Part shown: one piece after another, positions 1-10,401 of the stretch
Layout: every line of letters begins with the position of its first letter
How positions within the stretch are numbered: position 1 is the first letter of the stretch
Assembly (NCBI GenBank): GCA_037146935.1
Contig: JBAWWD010000019.1
Location: forward strand, 4,453-68,452
Origin: Burkholderiales bacterium
Lineage (GTDB): Bacteria; Pseudomonadota; Gammaproteobacteria; Burkholderiales; Burkholderiaceae_E
Length of the DNA stretch: 64,000 nt
Direction of reading: 5' to 3'
Position numbers and translations under genes: made by a program
Notes under the pieces: generated by a model
Database searches by the model: none
What the model saw: only the letters and a program-made list of their open reading frames with translations
What the model was told of the DNA's origin: nothing

Positions 1-269
1 TCTGGCGCTTCATGCAGCCGCTGATGGTGCTGGCCCTGGGTCTGGGCACCTGGCTGTGGCTGGGCTACGGCGTCACCGGCGGCTGGATGCACACCAAGCT
101 CGCGGTGGTGGCGGTGCTGCTCGGCTATCACCAGACCTGCGGCCGGCTGCTGCGCCAGATCGAGGCCGGCACCGACCGGCGCTCGCATGTCTGGTACCGC
201 TGGTTCAACGAGATACCGGTGCTCGCGCTGCTGATCGCGGTGGTGCTGGTGGTGGTCAAGCCCTTCTGA
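1..269 (+). CDS. hemJ: Protoporphyrinogen IX oxidase HemJ (UPF0093 family), C-terminal part, truncated by the window edge
   Basis: The ORF is open to the left edge (frame of 12..269). It has hydrophobic helices and the strings HTKLAVVAVLLGYH and RWFNEIPVLALLIAVVLVVVKPF, which are typical of the HemJ C-terminus. Family call from memory. Confidence 0.7.
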   Translation, partial: WRFMQPLMVLALGLGTWLWLGYGVTGGWMHTKLAVVAVLLGYHQTCGRLLRQIEAGTDRRSHVWYRWFNEIPVLALLIAVVLVVVKPF

Positions 270-345
270 GCCCGGCCCGCGCCACCCCCGCGCCCGGGCC
301 GCCCCGTCACCCCTCATCGCGCCCTGCCGCGCCCGGAGAAACCCC

Positions 346-945
346 ATGACCCGCATCGTCGACTACTACATGCATCCGCAGTCGCCCTGGAGCTGTCTCG
401 GCCACCAGGAGCTGCGCCGCATCTGCGCCCTGCACAACGCCGACATCCGCATCAAGCCCATCGACCTCGGCGCCAAGGTGTTCCCCGCCTCGGGCGGCCT
501 GCCCCTGGCCAAGCGCGCCCCGCAGCGCCAGGAATACCGCTTCGTCGAGCTCGCCCGCTGGCGCGACCGGCGCGAGGTGCCCATCCAGCTGCGGCCCGCG
601 TTCTTCCCGGCCAACGCCGACACCGCCTGCCGCCTGATCATCGCGGCCGACCGGCTGCACGGCGCAGATGCCGCGCTCGATCTCGCCGGCCGCCTCATGC
701 GGGCCACCTGGTGCGAGGAACGCAATGTGGCCGACGACGCCACGCTGCGCGCGGTGCTGCACGAGGCCGGACTGCCCGCCGACCCCATGTTCCACGCCAT
801 CCCGGACACCCACGCGGTCTTCGACAGCTACACCCAGGAAGCCATCGACCATGGCGTGTTCGGCGTGCCCTGGTACGTGTTCCAGGGGGTGCCCTACTGG
901 GGCCAGGACCGCCTCGAGTTCCTCGAGCAGGCACTGGCAGGCTGA
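346..945 (+). CDS. 2-hydroxychromene-2-carboxylate isomerase / DsbA-like thioredoxin-fold protein
   Basis: 199 aa. It begins IVDYYMHPQSPWSCLG and ends GVFGVPWYVFQGVPYWGQDRLEFLEQAL, the characteristic HCCA-isomerase family termini. Confidence 0.75.
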   Translation: MTRIVDYYMHPQSPWSCLGHQELRRICALHNADIRIKPIDLGAKVFPASGGLPLAKRAPQRQEYRFVELARWRDRREVPIQLRPAFFPANADTACRLIIAADRLHGADAALDLAGRLMRATWCEERNVADDATLRAVLHEAGLPADPMFHAIPDTHAVFDSYTQEAIDHGVFGVPWYVFQGVPYWGQDRLEFLEQALAG

Positions 946-952
946 CGCGGGC

Positions 953-2266
953 ATGCTGCTCTTCGCCCCCTGCCCGCGCGGCCTGGAAGCGCTGCTCGCC
1001 GACGAGATCACCGCCCTCGGTGCCGCCGCGGTGCGCATCAGCCCTGGCGGTGTGGCCTTCGAGGGCGAGACCGCGATGGTGTGCCAGGTCAACCTGCGCT
1101 CGCGCCTGGCCAGCCGGGTGCTGCGCCAGGTGGGCGCCGGCCGCTGCCGCGATGAGGATGAGCTCGGCCGGGTGGCCCGCGCCGTGCCCTGGGAACAGTT
1201 CATGACCCCCCGGCAGACCCTGCGGGTGGACACCACCGCGGTGCGCTCGCCGCTGCGCAGCCTGAACTTCGCCAACCTGCGCGTGAAGGACGCGGTGGTC
1301 GACCGGCTGCGCCAGACCCGCGGCGATCGGCCCTCCATCGACACCCGCCGCCCCGACGTGCGGGTGTTCGCCTTCCTGCAGGAGCAGCAGGTCACGCTCT
1401 ACCTAGACACCTCGGGCGAGTCGCTGTTCAAGCGCGGATGGCGGCGCGAGCGCGAGGACAAGGGGCTGGCCCCGCTCAAGGAAAACCTCGCGGCCGGCCT
1501 GCTGATGCTGGCCGGCTGGACGCCGGAGCGGCCGCTGCTCGATCCCTACTGCGGCTCGGGCACGCTGCTGATCGAGGCCGCCCAGATCGCGCTGGGCATC
1601 GCACCGGGCCTGTCACGCGCCTTCGGCTTCGAGCGCCTGCGCGACCATGACCCGGCGCAGTGGGCGCAGATCCGCGGCGAGGCCATCCGCCAGGCCCAGC
1701 AGAGCGGGCCGGCGCTGGCCGCGCGGCTGAGCATCACCGGCATCGACATCGACCCGACCGCCATCGAGCAGGCCCGTCGCAACATCGAGCGCGCCGGCGT
1801 GGGCGGGGCCGGCATCCGGCTGGCCGTGGGCGATGCCGCCCGCCTGTCACCGCCCCAGCCCGGGCCGGGGGTGATCGTCACCAACCCGCCCTACGGCGAA
1901 CGCATCGCGGCCCACCAGGACGGCCAGCCCGCCCCGGGCGAGCATGATGCGGCCAGCGACGAGACCCACCGCGAGGCGATGGCCGCCTTCGGCCGCGGCC
2001 TGAAGGAGCGCTTCGGGGGCTGGCAGGTGAACGTGCTGTCCTCAGACCGGGAGTTGCCGCGCCAGCTCGGCATCCGCGAGAGCCGCAAGACGCTGCTCTA
2101 CAACGGCGCCCTGGAGTGCCGGCTGTTCCGCTTCGATGTCTTCGACCGGGCCACGCGCGAGGCCCATGACCGCGAACACCAGGCCCGGCATGACCGGATG
2201 CGCCAGGCGACGGCCGCCGACGAGGGCGCGCTCAGACCACCCCCAGGTGCTCCGTCCCCCGGTTGA
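953..2266 (+). CDS. THUMP-domain class I SAM-dependent RNA methyltransferase (RlmL/RlmK-like)
   Basis: ORF 668..2266 trimmed to the in-frame ATG at 953, just after the stop of the upstream gene. The N-terminus MLLFAPCPRGLEALLADEI is THUMP-like. SAM-MTase motifs are DPYCGSGTLLIEAA and VIVTNPPYGERI. Confidence 0.8.
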   Translation: MLLFAPCPRGLEALLADEITALGAAAVRISPGGVAFEGETAMVCQVNLRSRLASRVLRQVGAGRCRDEDELGRVARAVPWEQFMTPRQTLRVDTTAVRSPLRSLNFANLRVKDAVVDRLRQTRGDRPSIDTRRPDVRVFAFLQEQQVTLYLDTSGESLFKRGWRREREDKGLAPLKENLAAGLLMLAGWTPERPLLDPYCGSGTLLIEAAQIALGIAPGLSRAFGFERLRDHDPAQWAQIRGEAIRQAQQSGPALAARLSITGIDIDPTAIEQARRNIERAGVGGAGIRLAVGDAARLSPPQPGPGVIVTNPPYGERIAAHQDGQPAPGEHDAASDETHREAMAAFGRGLKERFGGWQVNVLSSDRELPRQLGIRESRKTLLYNGALECRLFRFDVFDRATREAHDREHQARHDRMRQATAADEGALRPPPGAPSPG

Positions 2267-3365
2267 GGTCCTTGTCGGAGTGGCGGCTGTTCAGCTTGAT
2301 GTTCAGCCGCAGGTCATTGACCGAATCGGCGTTGCGCAGCGCGTCCTCGTAGGCGATCAGACCTTCCTCGTACAGCATGAACAGGTGCTGGTCGAAGGTC
2401 TGCATGCCGCTCTCGCGGCTCTTCTTCATCACGTCCTTGATGGTGCCGACCTCGCCCTTGAAGATCATGTCGGAGATCAGCGGCGAGTTGATCATCACCT
2501 CCACCGCCGGCACGCGGCCGGAGCCGCCCACCATGGGGATCAGGCGCTGCGAGACGATGGCGCGCAGGTTCAGCGACAGGTCCATCAGCAGCTGCTGACG
2601 CCGGTCTTCCGGGAAGAAGTTGATGATGCGGTCGAGCGCCTGATTGGCGCTGTTCGAGTGCAGGGTGGCCAGGCACAGATGCCCTGTCTCGGCAAAGGCC
2701 ACCGCATGCTCCATGGTCTCGCGATCGCGGATCTCGCCGATCATGATGACGTCGGGCGCCTGGCGCAGGGTGTTGCGCAGGGCCACCTCCCAGCTCTCGG
2801 TGTCCACGCCGATCTCGCGGTGCGTGACGATGCAGTTGCGGTGCGGGTGCACGAACTCCACCGGGTCCTCGATGGTCACGATGTGACCCTGGGTGTTCTC
2901 GTTGCGGTGATTGAGCACCGCGGCCAGGGTGTTGCTCTTGCCCGAGCCGGTGGCACCCACCACGATCAGCAGGCCGCGCTTGGTGAGCGAGAGCTCGCCG
3001 AGCATGGGCGGCAGGCGCAGTTGCGCGATGGTGGGGATCTGGCTCTTGATGGTCCGCAGCACGATGCCCACCCGGCCCAGCTGCATGAAGGCGTTCACGC
3101 GGAAGCGCCCGATGCCGGTGGGGCTGATCGCGAAGTTGACCTCCTTGTGCGCCTCGAACTCGGCCGCCTGCCGATCGTTCATCAGGGCACGCGCCAGCTC
3201 GATGGTGTGCTGGCCGGTCAGGGGCACCGATGACACCGGCGTGACCTTGCCGTCGATCTTGAAGGCCGGCGGGAATTCGGCCGTCAGGAACAGGTCGGAA
3301 CCGTTCTTGCCGACCATCAGCCGCAGCAGGTCGTTGAGGAATTTAGAAGCCTGTTCTCTTTCCAT
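2232..3365 (-). CDS. pilU: Type IV pilus retraction ATPase PilU
   Basis: 377 aa with Walker A GATGSGKSNT, IVTIEDPVEF, PDVIMIGEIRDRETM and the PilU-type N-terminus FLNDLLRLMVGKNGSDLFL. It lies immediately downstream of pilT. Confidence 0.9.
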   Translation of the reverse strand: MEREQASKFLNDLLRLMVGKNGSDLFLTAEFPPAFKIDGKVTPVSSVPLTGQHTIELARALMNDRQAAEFEAHKEVNFAISPTGIGRFRVNAFMQLGRVGIVLRTIKSQIPTIAQLRLPPMLGELSLTKRGLLIVVGATGSGKSNTLAAVLNHRNENTQGHIVTIEDPVEFVHPHRNCIVTHREIGVDTESWEVALRNTLRQAPDVIMIGEIRDRETMEHAVAFAETGHLCLATLHSNSANQALDRIINFFPEDRRQQLLMDLSLNLRAIVSQRLIPMVGGSGRVPAVEVMINSPLISDMIFKGEVGTIKDVMKKSRESGMQTFDQHLFMLYEEGLIAYEDALRNADSVNDLRLNIKLNSRHSDKDLNRGTEHLGVV

Positions 3366-3396
3366 CGGGAGCGCTCTCGCTGGTGTCGCGTCGGCC

Positions 3397-4440
3397 TCAG
3401 CCGGGGAAGTTTTCCTTGATGGCCGCGTGCACGCGGGCCTCGGCCATCGAGATGATGTTGCGCCGGACCAGGTCGGTGAGGCACTGGTCCAGGGTCTGCA
3501 TGCCCACCGAGGCGCCGGTCTGGATGGCCGCGTTCATCTGCGCCACCTTCGCCTCCCGGATCAGGTTTCGCACGGCGGGAGTGCCCAGCATGATCTCGTG
3601 GGCCGCGATGCGGCCGCTGCCGTCCTTGGTGCGCACCAGCGACTGCGAGATCACCGCCCGCAGCGATTCCGAGAGCATCGCCCGCACCATCTCCTTCTCG
3701 GCCGCGGGGAACACGTCGACGATCCGGTCGATGGTCTTGGCCGCCGACGAGGTGTGCAGGGTGCCGAACACCAGGTGGCCGGTCTCGGCGGCGGTGAGGG
3801 CCAGGCGGATGGTTTCCAGGTCGCGCAGCTCGCCCACCAGGATGACGTCGGGGTCCTCGCGCAGGGCCGAGCGCAGCGCATTGTTGAACGACAGCGTCTG
3901 CGGCCCCACCTCGCGCTGCGAGATCAGGCAACGCTTGGATTCATGCACGAACTCGATCGGGTCCTCCACCGTGAGGATGTGCCCGTACAGGTTCTCGTTG
4001 ATGTGGTTGATCATCGCCGCCAGCGTGGTCGACTTGCCCGACCCGGTGGGCCCGGTGACCAGCACCATGCCGCGGCTCTGCATGGTGATCTCGGAGATGA
4101 TCCGCGGCGCCTTGAGGTCTTCCAGCGAAAGAATCTTGGACGGAATGGCTCGCAGCACCGCGCCGGCGCCGCGCTGCTGCAGGAAGGCGTTGACCCTGAA
4201 GCGCGCCAGCCCCGGAATGGCGAACGAGAAGTCGCACTCGAGGTTCTCCTCGTAGTCCTTGCGCTGCGCGTCGTTCATGATGTCGTAGATCATGCCGTGC
4301 ACATCGCTGTGGGCCATTGGCGGCAGGTTGATCCGGCGCACGTCGCCATGCACGCGGATCATCGGCGGCATGCCGGCCGACAGGTGCAGGTCCGACGCCT
4401 TGTTCTTCACTGCGAAGGCGAGCAGTTCGGCGATATCCAT
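3397..4440 (-). CDS. pilT: Type IV pilus twitching motility ATPase PilT
   Basis: 347 aa with ASDLHLSAGMPPMIRVHGD, GPTGSGKSTTLAAMI, ILTVEDPIEF, PDVILVGELRDLETI and GHLVFGTLHTSSA. This is the canonical PilT pattern. Confidence 0.95.
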   Translation of the reverse strand: MDIAELLAFAVKNKASDLHLSAGMPPMIRVHGDVRRINLPPMAHSDVHGMIYDIMNDAQRKDYEENLECDFSFAIPGLARFRVNAFLQQRGAGAVLRAIPSKILSLEDLKAPRIISEITMQSRGMVLVTGPTGSGKSTTLAAMINHINENLYGHILTVEDPIEFVHESKRCLISQREVGPQTLSFNNALRSALREDPDVILVGELRDLETIRLALTAAETGHLVFGTLHTSSAAKTIDRIVDVFPAAEKEMVRAMLSESLRAVISQSLVRTKDGSGRIAAHEIMLGTPAVRNLIREAKVAQMNAAIQTGASVGMQTLDQCLTDLVRRNIISMAEARVHAAIKENFPG

Positions 4441-4504
4441 GGTTCAGCCCACCCTGGTTGCGCCAAAGCCCTGAGTCGCCAGATGGCGACGGTAGAATCG
4501 GGCG

Positions 4505-5230
4505 ATGAACGCGGACACACTCATGTCGGAGCGGCTGCGCGCCGTGCAGGCGCGCGTCGACGCCGCCTGCGCGGCATCGGCCCGGCCTCGGGAGCAGGTC
4601 ACCCTGCTGGCAGTGAGCAAGACTTTCTCGGCCGATCGGGTGATCGCCATGGCAGATCTCGGGCAGCGTCGCTTCGGAGAGAACTATCTACAGGAAGCGC
4701 TGGGCAAGATCAGCGAATGCGCCACTCAGCGGCCGGATTTGCCTATCGAATGGCACTTCATCGGGCCGATCCAGTCCAACAAGACACGGCCCATCGCTGA
4801 ACACTTCCAGTGGGTGCATGGCATCGACCGCGAGCGGGTTGCCCGACGGCTCTCCGAGCAGCGGCCCGCGCACCTGCCGCCGCTGCAGGTGTGCCTGCAG
4901 GTGAACATCGCGGCCGAAGACACCAAGAGCGGTTGCAGCCCCGAGCAGGCGCCCGCGCTGGCGGCGCTGATCGCCACGCTGCCCGGCCTGCGCCTGCGCG
5001 GCCTGATGGCCATCCCCAGACCGCAGGCCGACCCGAGCGCGCAACGCGCGCAATTCGCGCAGGTGCGCGCATTGCAGGAGACGCTTCAGGGGCAAGGACT
5101 GATGCTGGACACGCTCTCGATGGGCATGTCCGATGACCTGGAGGCGGCAATCGCCGAAGGGGCCACCCTGGTGCGGGTGGGCAGCGCCTTGTTCGGACCC
5201 AGGACTTCGCCCCCGACCAGCACGGCCTGA
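4505..5230 (+). CDS. yggS: YggS-family pyridoxal-phosphate homeostasis protein
   Basis: 241 aa with VTLLAVSKTF (PLP lysine), FGENYLQEA, WHFIGPIQSNK and LSMGMSDDLEAAI. It is divergent from pilT, as in many proteobacteria. Confidence 0.9.
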   Translation: MNADTLMSERLRAVQARVDAACAASARPREQVTLLAVSKTFSADRVIAMADLGQRRFGENYLQEALGKISECATQRPDLPIEWHFIGPIQSNKTRPIAEHFQWVHGIDRERVARRLSEQRPAHLPPLQVCLQVNIAAEDTKSGCSPEQAPALAALIATLPGLRLRGLMAIPRPQADPSAQRAQFAQVRALQETLQGQGLMLDTLSMGMSDDLEAAIAEGATLVRVGSALFGPRTSPPTSTA

Positions 5231-5330
5231 GGGACCGCAGCGCGCGCCGGCACAGCCCTGGCGCAACACATGCGCCGCGCGCCAGCAGGCACGCGACCAG
5301 GCCGGCGCGTGAGGCGCCGGCCGTCTGCTG

Positions 5331-5594
5331 TCAGGCCATCGCCTTCAGGGCGGCGGCCAGCCGGCTCTTGTACCGGGAGGCAGCATTCTTGTGGATGATC
5401 TTCTTGTCGGCGATGGTGTCAATCACGCCCTGCGAGGCGCGAAACACCGCGGTGGCCGCGGTCTTGTCGCCCGCTGCAATCGCCTTGCGCACCGACTTGA
5501 TCGCGGTGCGAAGCCGCGAACGCAGCGTCGAATTGTGGGCGTTCTGCTTGACCGCCTGGCGGGCGCGCTTGCGGGCAGAGGCAATGTTTGCCAT
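5331..5594 (-). CDS. rpsT: 30S ribosomal protein S20
   Basis: 87 aa starting [21 protein letters not shown], a basic protein typical of S20. Confidence 0.95.
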   Translation of the reverse strand: MANIASARKRARQAVKQNAHNSTLRSRLRTAIKSVRKAIAAGDKTAATAVFRASQGVIDTIADKKIIHKNAASRYKSRLAAALKAMA

Positions 5595-5779
5595 GCGAGA
5601 ATCCTGGTGAGGGCTGCGATGCCATGCGCCCTGTTGCGGGCGACTTCCGGGCGGCTTCCGCGCGATATCCGCTAAGCCATGACATTCGCTGATTGGCGAA
5701 AAGCCTTGGATAATAGCCGATCACCCAGCCGTGGCGCAAGCAAGCCCGGCAACCTCCGCCCGCCCCCCTCTGCCCACCC

Positions 5780-7330
5780 ATGAACCTGCTTCGCGCACTT
5801 GCCACGGTCAGCGGCCTCACCCTGCTGTCGCGGATCACCGGCCTGGTGCGCGAGAACCTCACCGCCACGCTGTTCGGCGCCTCGGCCTTCACCGACGCCT
5901 TCTTCATCGCGTTCCGGCTGCCCAACCTGCTGCGCCGCATGTTCGCCGAGGGCGCGTTCTCGCAGGCCTTCGTGCCCATGCTTGCGCGCGCTCGCGAACA
6001 GGGCGACGGGCCCGCCTTTCGCGGCTTCATCGACCGCGTGGCCACGCTGCTCTTCTGGTCGCTGGTGGTGGTGTCGCTCGCCGGGGTGGCCGGCGCGCCG
6101 GCGCTGGTGCTGCTCACCGGATCGGGCCTGCTGCAGCAGGCCCCGGCCTTCGACGCGGCGGTCGTCATGACCCGCTGGATGTTCCCCTACATCCTGTTCA
6201 TCTCGCTGGTGGCGCTGGCCGCCGGCATCCTGAACACCTGGCGTCGCTTCGCGGTGCCGGCCTTCTCGCCGGTGCTGCTCAACCTGAGCTTCATCGGCGC
6301 GGCGCTGCTGCTGCACGACCGCTTCGATCCGCCGGTCTATGCCCTGGCCGCGGGGGTGGTGATCGGCGGCGTGCTGCAACTGGCCATCCAGTTGCCGGCG
6401 CTGCACCGCATCGGGCTGCTGCCGCGCATCGGGCTCAACCCGCTCGCCTGCCTGAGAGATCCCGACACCCGCGCCCTGCTCGCGCGCATGGCGCCCGCGG
6501 TGCTGGCGGTCTCGGCCGCCCAGATCAGCCTGATGATCAACACCCACATCGCCTCGCGGCTGAGCGCCGGCAGCGTGTCCTGGATCAGCTATGCCGACCG
6601 GCTGATGGAGTTCCCCACCGCGCTGCTGGGGGTGGCCCTGGGTACCGTGCTGCTGCCCAGCCTGACCAGCGCCAGCACCCGCCAGGACGAGACCGCCTAC
6701 CGCGAACTGCTCGACTGGGGCCTGCGCCTGGCGCTGCTCCTCGCCCTGCCCTGCAGCCTGGGCATGGCGCTCATGGCGGAGCCGCTCACCGCGCTGCTCT
6801 TCCACTACGGCCGCTTCCGCGCCCTCGATGTCGGCATGACCGCGCAGGCCATCCAGGCCTACGCGGTGGGCCTGCCGGGGCTGATCGCGGTCAAGGTGCT
6901 GGCGCCGGGCTTCTTCGCCCGCCAGAACATCCGCACGCCGGTGCGCATCGCACTGCTGGTGCTGGTGCTCACGCAGTGCCTGAACCTCGCCCTGGTGCCG
7001 CTGCTGGCCCACGCCGGGCTGGCACTGTCCACCTCGCTGGCGGCCACGCTCAATGCGCTGCTGCTGCTCGTCGGCCTGCACCGTGCCGGCGCCTGGCGCG
7101 CCGAACCGGGCTGGTGGCCGCTGCTCGCCAAGGCCGCGCTCGCCGGCGCGGCGCTGGCTGCGGTGCTGATCGCGGCCGTGCCGCGCGTCGACTGGCTCGG
7201 CCTGGGTCAGCAGCCCTGGCTGCGCGCCGGTCTGACGCTCGGCCTGGTGGCGGCGGCCGGCCTCGCCTACCTGATCACCCTGCTCGCCTGCGGCCTGCGG
7301 CCGCGGCAATTCCTGCGGAGAGACGCATGA
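5780..7330 (+). CDS. murJ: Lipid II flippase MurJ (MviN)
   Basis: 516 aa polytopic membrane protein. The N-terminus MNLLRALATVSGLTLLSRITGLVRE...FGASAFTDAFFIAFRLPNLLRRMFAEGAFSQAFVP is diagnostic. It is divergent from rpsT. Confidence 0.95.
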   Translation: MNLLRALATVSGLTLLSRITGLVRENLTATLFGASAFTDAFFIAFRLPNLLRRMFAEGAFSQAFVPMLARAREQGDGPAFRGFIDRVATLLFWSLVVVSLAGVAGAPALVLLTGSGLLQQAPAFDAAVVMTRWMFPYILFISLVALAAGILNTWRRFAVPAFSPVLLNLSFIGAALLLHDRFDPPVYALAAGVVIGGVLQLAIQLPALHRIGLLPRIGLNPLACLRDPDTRALLARMAPAVLAVSAAQISLMINTHIASRLSAGSVSWISYADRLMEFPTALLGVALGTVLLPSLTSASTRQDETAYRELLDWGLRLALLLALPCSLGMALMAEPLTALLFHYGRFRALDVGMTAQAIQAYAVGLPGLIAVKVLAPGFFARQNIRTPVRIALLVLVLTQCLNLALVPLLAHAGLALSTSLAATLNALLLLVGLHRAGAWRAEPGWWPLLAKAALAGAALAAVLIAAVPRVDWLGLGQQPWLRAGLTLGLVAAAGLAYLITLLACGLRPRQFLRRDA

Positions 7331-8148
7331 ACATCACCTTCCTCGGCGGCGGCAACATGGCCACCGCGCTCATCGGCGGCCTGCTCACCCAGGTCGAGCC
7401 CCGGCCACACATCACGGTGATCGACCCGGCTGCCGGCCAGCGGGAGCGACTGGCGCGCGAGTTCGGCGTGCAGACCCTGGCGGCCCCGGCGGCGCAGGCG
7501 CAGGCCTGCGATCTGCTGGTGCTGGCGGTCAAGCCGCAGCAGATGCGCGAGGCCCTGCTGCCCCTGGCGGCGCAGGCGCGCTCGGCGCTGGTGGTCAGCG
7601 TGGCCGCCGGGATCCGCTTCGCGGACCTCTCGCGCTGGCTGGGTGGTCACACCCGCATCGTGCGCACCATGCCCAACACCCCGGCCCTGATCGGGGCGGG
7701 CATCACCGGGCTGTGGGCCGCCCCCGCGGTCGGCGAGGCCGATCGGGCGCTTGCCGAACAGGTGGTGCGCGCGGTGGGCGAGGCGGTCTGGGTCAGCCAG
7801 GAGGCGCAGCTCGACGCGGTGACCGCGCTGAGCGGCAGCGGCCCCGCCTATGTGTTCTATTTCATCGAGGCCATGCAGGCCGCCGGCGCGCGCCTGGGCC
7901 TGGACCCCGAGGCGGCTGCGCAGCTGACCCTGGCCACCTTCCGTGGCGCGGCGGCGCTGGCCAGCGGCGCCACCGTGCCGGTGTCGACGCTGCGCGAGCA
8001 GGTCACCTCCAAGGGTGGCACCACCGCCGCGGCCCTGGCCAGCATGCAATCACACGGGCTTGCCGGGCGCATCGACGAGGCCATGGCGGCCGCCTGCCAG
8101 CGCGCAGCCGAACTGGCCGACGAGTTCGGGCGCGACCCTCAGGCCTGA
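7327..8148 (+). CDS. proC: Pyrroline-5-carboxylate reductase
   Basis: The ATG at 7327 overlaps the murJ stop (ATGA). It has MNITFLGGGNMATALIGGL (NADP fold), VRTMPNTPALIG and TSKGGTT. Confidence 0.9.
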   Translation: MNITFLGGGNMATALIGGLLTQVEPRPHITVIDPAAGQRERLAREFGVQTLAAPAAQAQACDLLVLAVKPQQMREALLPLAAQARSALVVSVAAGIRFADLSRWLGGHTRIVRTMPNTPALIGAGITGLWAAPAVGEADRALAEQVVRAVGEAVWVSQEAQLDAVTALSGSGPAYVFYFIEAMQAAGARLGLDPEAAAQLTLATFRGAAALASGATVPVSTLREQVTSKGGTTAAALASMQSHGLAGRIDEAMAAACQRAAELADEFGRDPQA

Positions 8149-9038
8149 GCCCGACGCTTGCGCCACTGCATGTAGAAGACCCCGGCCATCACGATCGCCC
8201 CGCCGAGCAGTTGCTCGGCGGTGGGCATGATGCCGAACAGCATGGCGATCAGCACCCCGAAGGCGGGCACGGTGTTCTGCCACAGCAACCCCAGCTGCAG
8301 CCCGGCACGGGCCACGCCGATGTTCCAGGCCACGCCCGAGAGCGCGGTGGAAAAGAGCGCGGTGACACCCAGCCACAGCAGCGCCTGAGGCGTCACGGTG
8401 AGCAGCGGCGGCCCGGTGAGGCCGCTCAGCCAGATGAGCAGCCAGCAGCCGAACATCCAGGGCAGCGCGCCGCTCAGGCCGGCCAGGGTGCGACGCAGCT
8501 GCGACACGCCCGGTGAGAAGAAGCGCTGGGCGTAGATGGAGTAGAGCGTCCAGCTCACCAGCGCCAGCACCAGCAGCGGCTCGCCGCCTTCCAGGTGCAG
8601 CCCCTGACCCGAGGCACTGGCCCGGCCCCAGATCGCGATGCCGGCGCCCAGCAGCGTGAGCACCGCCGCCCCGGCAAAGCCCGGCTCGAGCCGCGCACCG
8701 GTGACCACCCGCATGGTGGCCGCGGCGAACACCGGCGAGCCGGCGATGATCGCGGCCGCGGTGATGGGGTGGGTGTACTTCAGGCCCAGGTTGTAGAGCA
8801 CGAAGAACGCGGCTGCCGAGCCCGACATGAGCGCGTGGCGGCGAAAGCCCAGGCCCAGCGGCGGCGCGGCAGGGTCGCGGCGCGCCTGGCTGATCAGCCA
8901 GAGCACCCCGACCGCCAGCGCCACCCGGATCGCGGTCATGAAGAACGGATCGAAGGCGGAGAAGAGCAGCGCCGTGAGCGGCAGGTTCGCCCCCCACGAG
9001 ATCGCGGCGAAGGCATAGCACAGCGCACCCAGGTTCAC
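8139..9038 (-). CDS. DMT-superfamily (EamA-like) transporter
   Basis: About ten hydrophobic helices in an EamA-like layout. ORF 8139..9149 is trimmed to the GTG at 9038, which overlaps the ubiA stop (GTGA). The start is uncertain. Confidence 0.7.
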   Translation of the reverse strand: MNLGALCYAFAAISWGANLPLTALLFSAFDPFFMTAIRVALAVGVLWLISQARRDPAAPPLGLGFRRHALMSGSAAAFFVLYNLGLKYTHPITAAAIIAGSPVFAAATMRVVTGARLEPGFAGAAVLTLLGAGIAIWGRASASGQGLHLEGGEPLLVLALVSWTLYSIYAQRFFSPGVSQLRRTLAGLSGALPWMFGCWLLIWLSGLTGPPLLTVTPQALLWLGVTALFSTALSGVAWNIGVARAGLQLGLLWQNTVPAFGVLIAMLFGIMPTAEQLLGGAIVMAGVFYMQWRKRRAQA

Positions 9039-9904
9039 GGTATCCAGTACTCCAGCACCACTCCGGCGAACACCGCAGCCCCGAACCAGGTGTTGTGGTT
9101 GAAGGCCCGGAAGCAGCCCTCTCGGCTGCGCCCACGGATCAGCGTCCAATGGTAGGCCGCAATCACCGCAGCCACGGCCAGACCGAGCGCATACCAGAGA
9201 CCGAAATCCTGCCGATGGCCGACCAGCGCCAGCAGGGCGAGGGTCAGCGCGTAACAGACCATGACCGCGGGCACGTCGAAACGGCCGAAGGTGATCGCCG
9301 CGGTGCGGATGCCGATGCGCAGGTCATCGTCGCGATCGACCATCGCGTACTCGGTGTCGTAGGCCACCGCCCAGCAGATGTTGGCCGCCAGCAGCAGCCA
9401 GGCGGTGAGCGGCACGCTGTCGGTCACCGCCGCGAAGGCCATCGGGATGCCGAAACCGAAGGCGATGCCGAGATAGGCCTGCGGAATGGCCAGGAAGCGC
9501 TTGGTGAAGGGGTAGCTCGCCGCGAGGAAACCCGCCACGCCGGTGAGCAGCCAGGTGAGCGGGTTGAAGGGCAGCACCAGCAGCAGCGCCGGCAGTGACA
9601 GCGCGGCCGCCACCGCCAGCGCTTCCCAGGGACGGATCAGGCCGGCGGTGAGCGGCCGGTCGCGGGTGCGGGCGACGTGGCGATCGAAGTCGCGGTCGGC
9701 CCAGTCGTTGATGGCGCAGCCGGCTGAGCGCATCAGGATGGTGCCGAGCACGAAGGCGAACAGCGGGTACGGTTCGGGCTCGCCGCGCGAGGCGATGAAC
9801 AGGCCCCAGAGCGTGGGCCACAGCAGCAGCAGGATGCCGATCGGGCGGTGCAGCCGGACCAGCCGCCAGTACAGACCGATGCGCCCGGACGCTGTCGCGC
9901 TCAC
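9035..9904 (-). CDS. ubiA: 4-hydroxybenzoate polyprenyltransferase UbiA
   Basis: It has [23 protein letters not shown] and the Asp-rich motif [24 protein letters not shown]. The start is set to the GTG at 9904, which overlaps the comEA-like stop. The ORF stays open to 9943. Confidence 0.9.
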   Translation of the reverse strand: MSATASGRIGLYWRLVRLHRPIGILLLLWPTLWGLFIASRGEPEPYPLFAFVLGTILMRSAGCAINDWADRDFDRHVARTRDRPLTAGLIRPWEALAVAAALSLPALLLVLPFNPLTWLLTGVAGFLAASYPFTKRFLAIPQAYLGIAFGFGIPMAFAAVTDSVPLTAWLLLAANICWAVAYDTEYAMVDRDDDLRIGIRTAAITFGRFDVPAVMVCYALTLALLALVGHRQDFGLWYALGLAVAAVIAAYHWTLIRGRSREGCFRAFNHNTWFGAAVFAGVVLEYWIP

Positions 9905-10401
9905 GGCCTGACGCCGGGCTGGGCCTGCGCGCCCGCCGGCCACTCGCGGATCTGCCCCCGGCCCAGCGGGGTGACGCTCGCCACCGCCGCCGCGGGCGCT
10001 GGCGCGGCGCCCGTCGATGCCGCGGGCCCGGCCCCGCGAGCGGCCGGCTCGCCGCCCGCAAGGCCGCCTGTGGTGACACGGGCCGTGCCCGGTGCCGGCG
10101 AGCCGACCACCAGCCCCGCCTCGGCAAAGCGCCGCACGTTGGCCGGGCCGACGCCCTTCACCCGCGATTCGAGATCGGCCAGATCATGGAAGGGCCCGTC
10201 GCGCCGGGCCTCGAGGATGCGCGCCGCGATTGCCGGGCCGATGCCCTTGACGGTCTGCAACTGCGCCTCGGTGGCGCGGTTGGCATCGACCCGTTGCGGG
10301 GCGCTCGCGGGCGGCACGCCCGGCCCGGCCAGCGCCACGCCCCGTGCCCCCGCCAGCGCGAGCGCGGCGACCAGCAGCAGCCGGCCCGCCAGACGGTTCA
10401 T
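9901..10401 (-). CDS. ComEA-like helix-hairpin-helix DNA-binding protein with a signal peptide and an Ala/Pro/Gly-rich tail
   Basis: The ATG at 10401 overlaps the hldD stop (ATGA). The signal peptide is [19 protein letters not shown]. HhH motifs are [26 protein letters not shown] and [13 protein letters not shown] low-complexity tail of about 65 aa follows. Confidence 0.7.
   Translation of the reverse strand: MNRLAGRLLLVAALALAGARGVALAGPGVPPASAPQRVDANRATEAQLQTVKGIGPAIAARILEARRDGPFHDLADLESRVKGVGPANVRRFAEAGLVVGSPAPGTARVTTGGLAGGEPAARGAGPAASTGAAPAPAAAVASVTPLGRGQIREWPAGAQAQPGVRP

Noticed and set aside
2232-4440. pilT-pilU as part of a novel secretion or defence ATPase pair.
   Set aside because: Both match canonical type IV pilus retraction ATPases motif for motif. 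They sit in the standard pilT-pilU / yggS arrangement.
5300-5322. The hairpin ggccggcgc-gtgag-gcgccggcc between the convergent yggS and rpsT genes.
   Set aside because: It is a perfect 9-bp GC stem, but neither strand has a U-tract. It may still act as a bidirectional terminator, but I cannot support that call from sequence alone.
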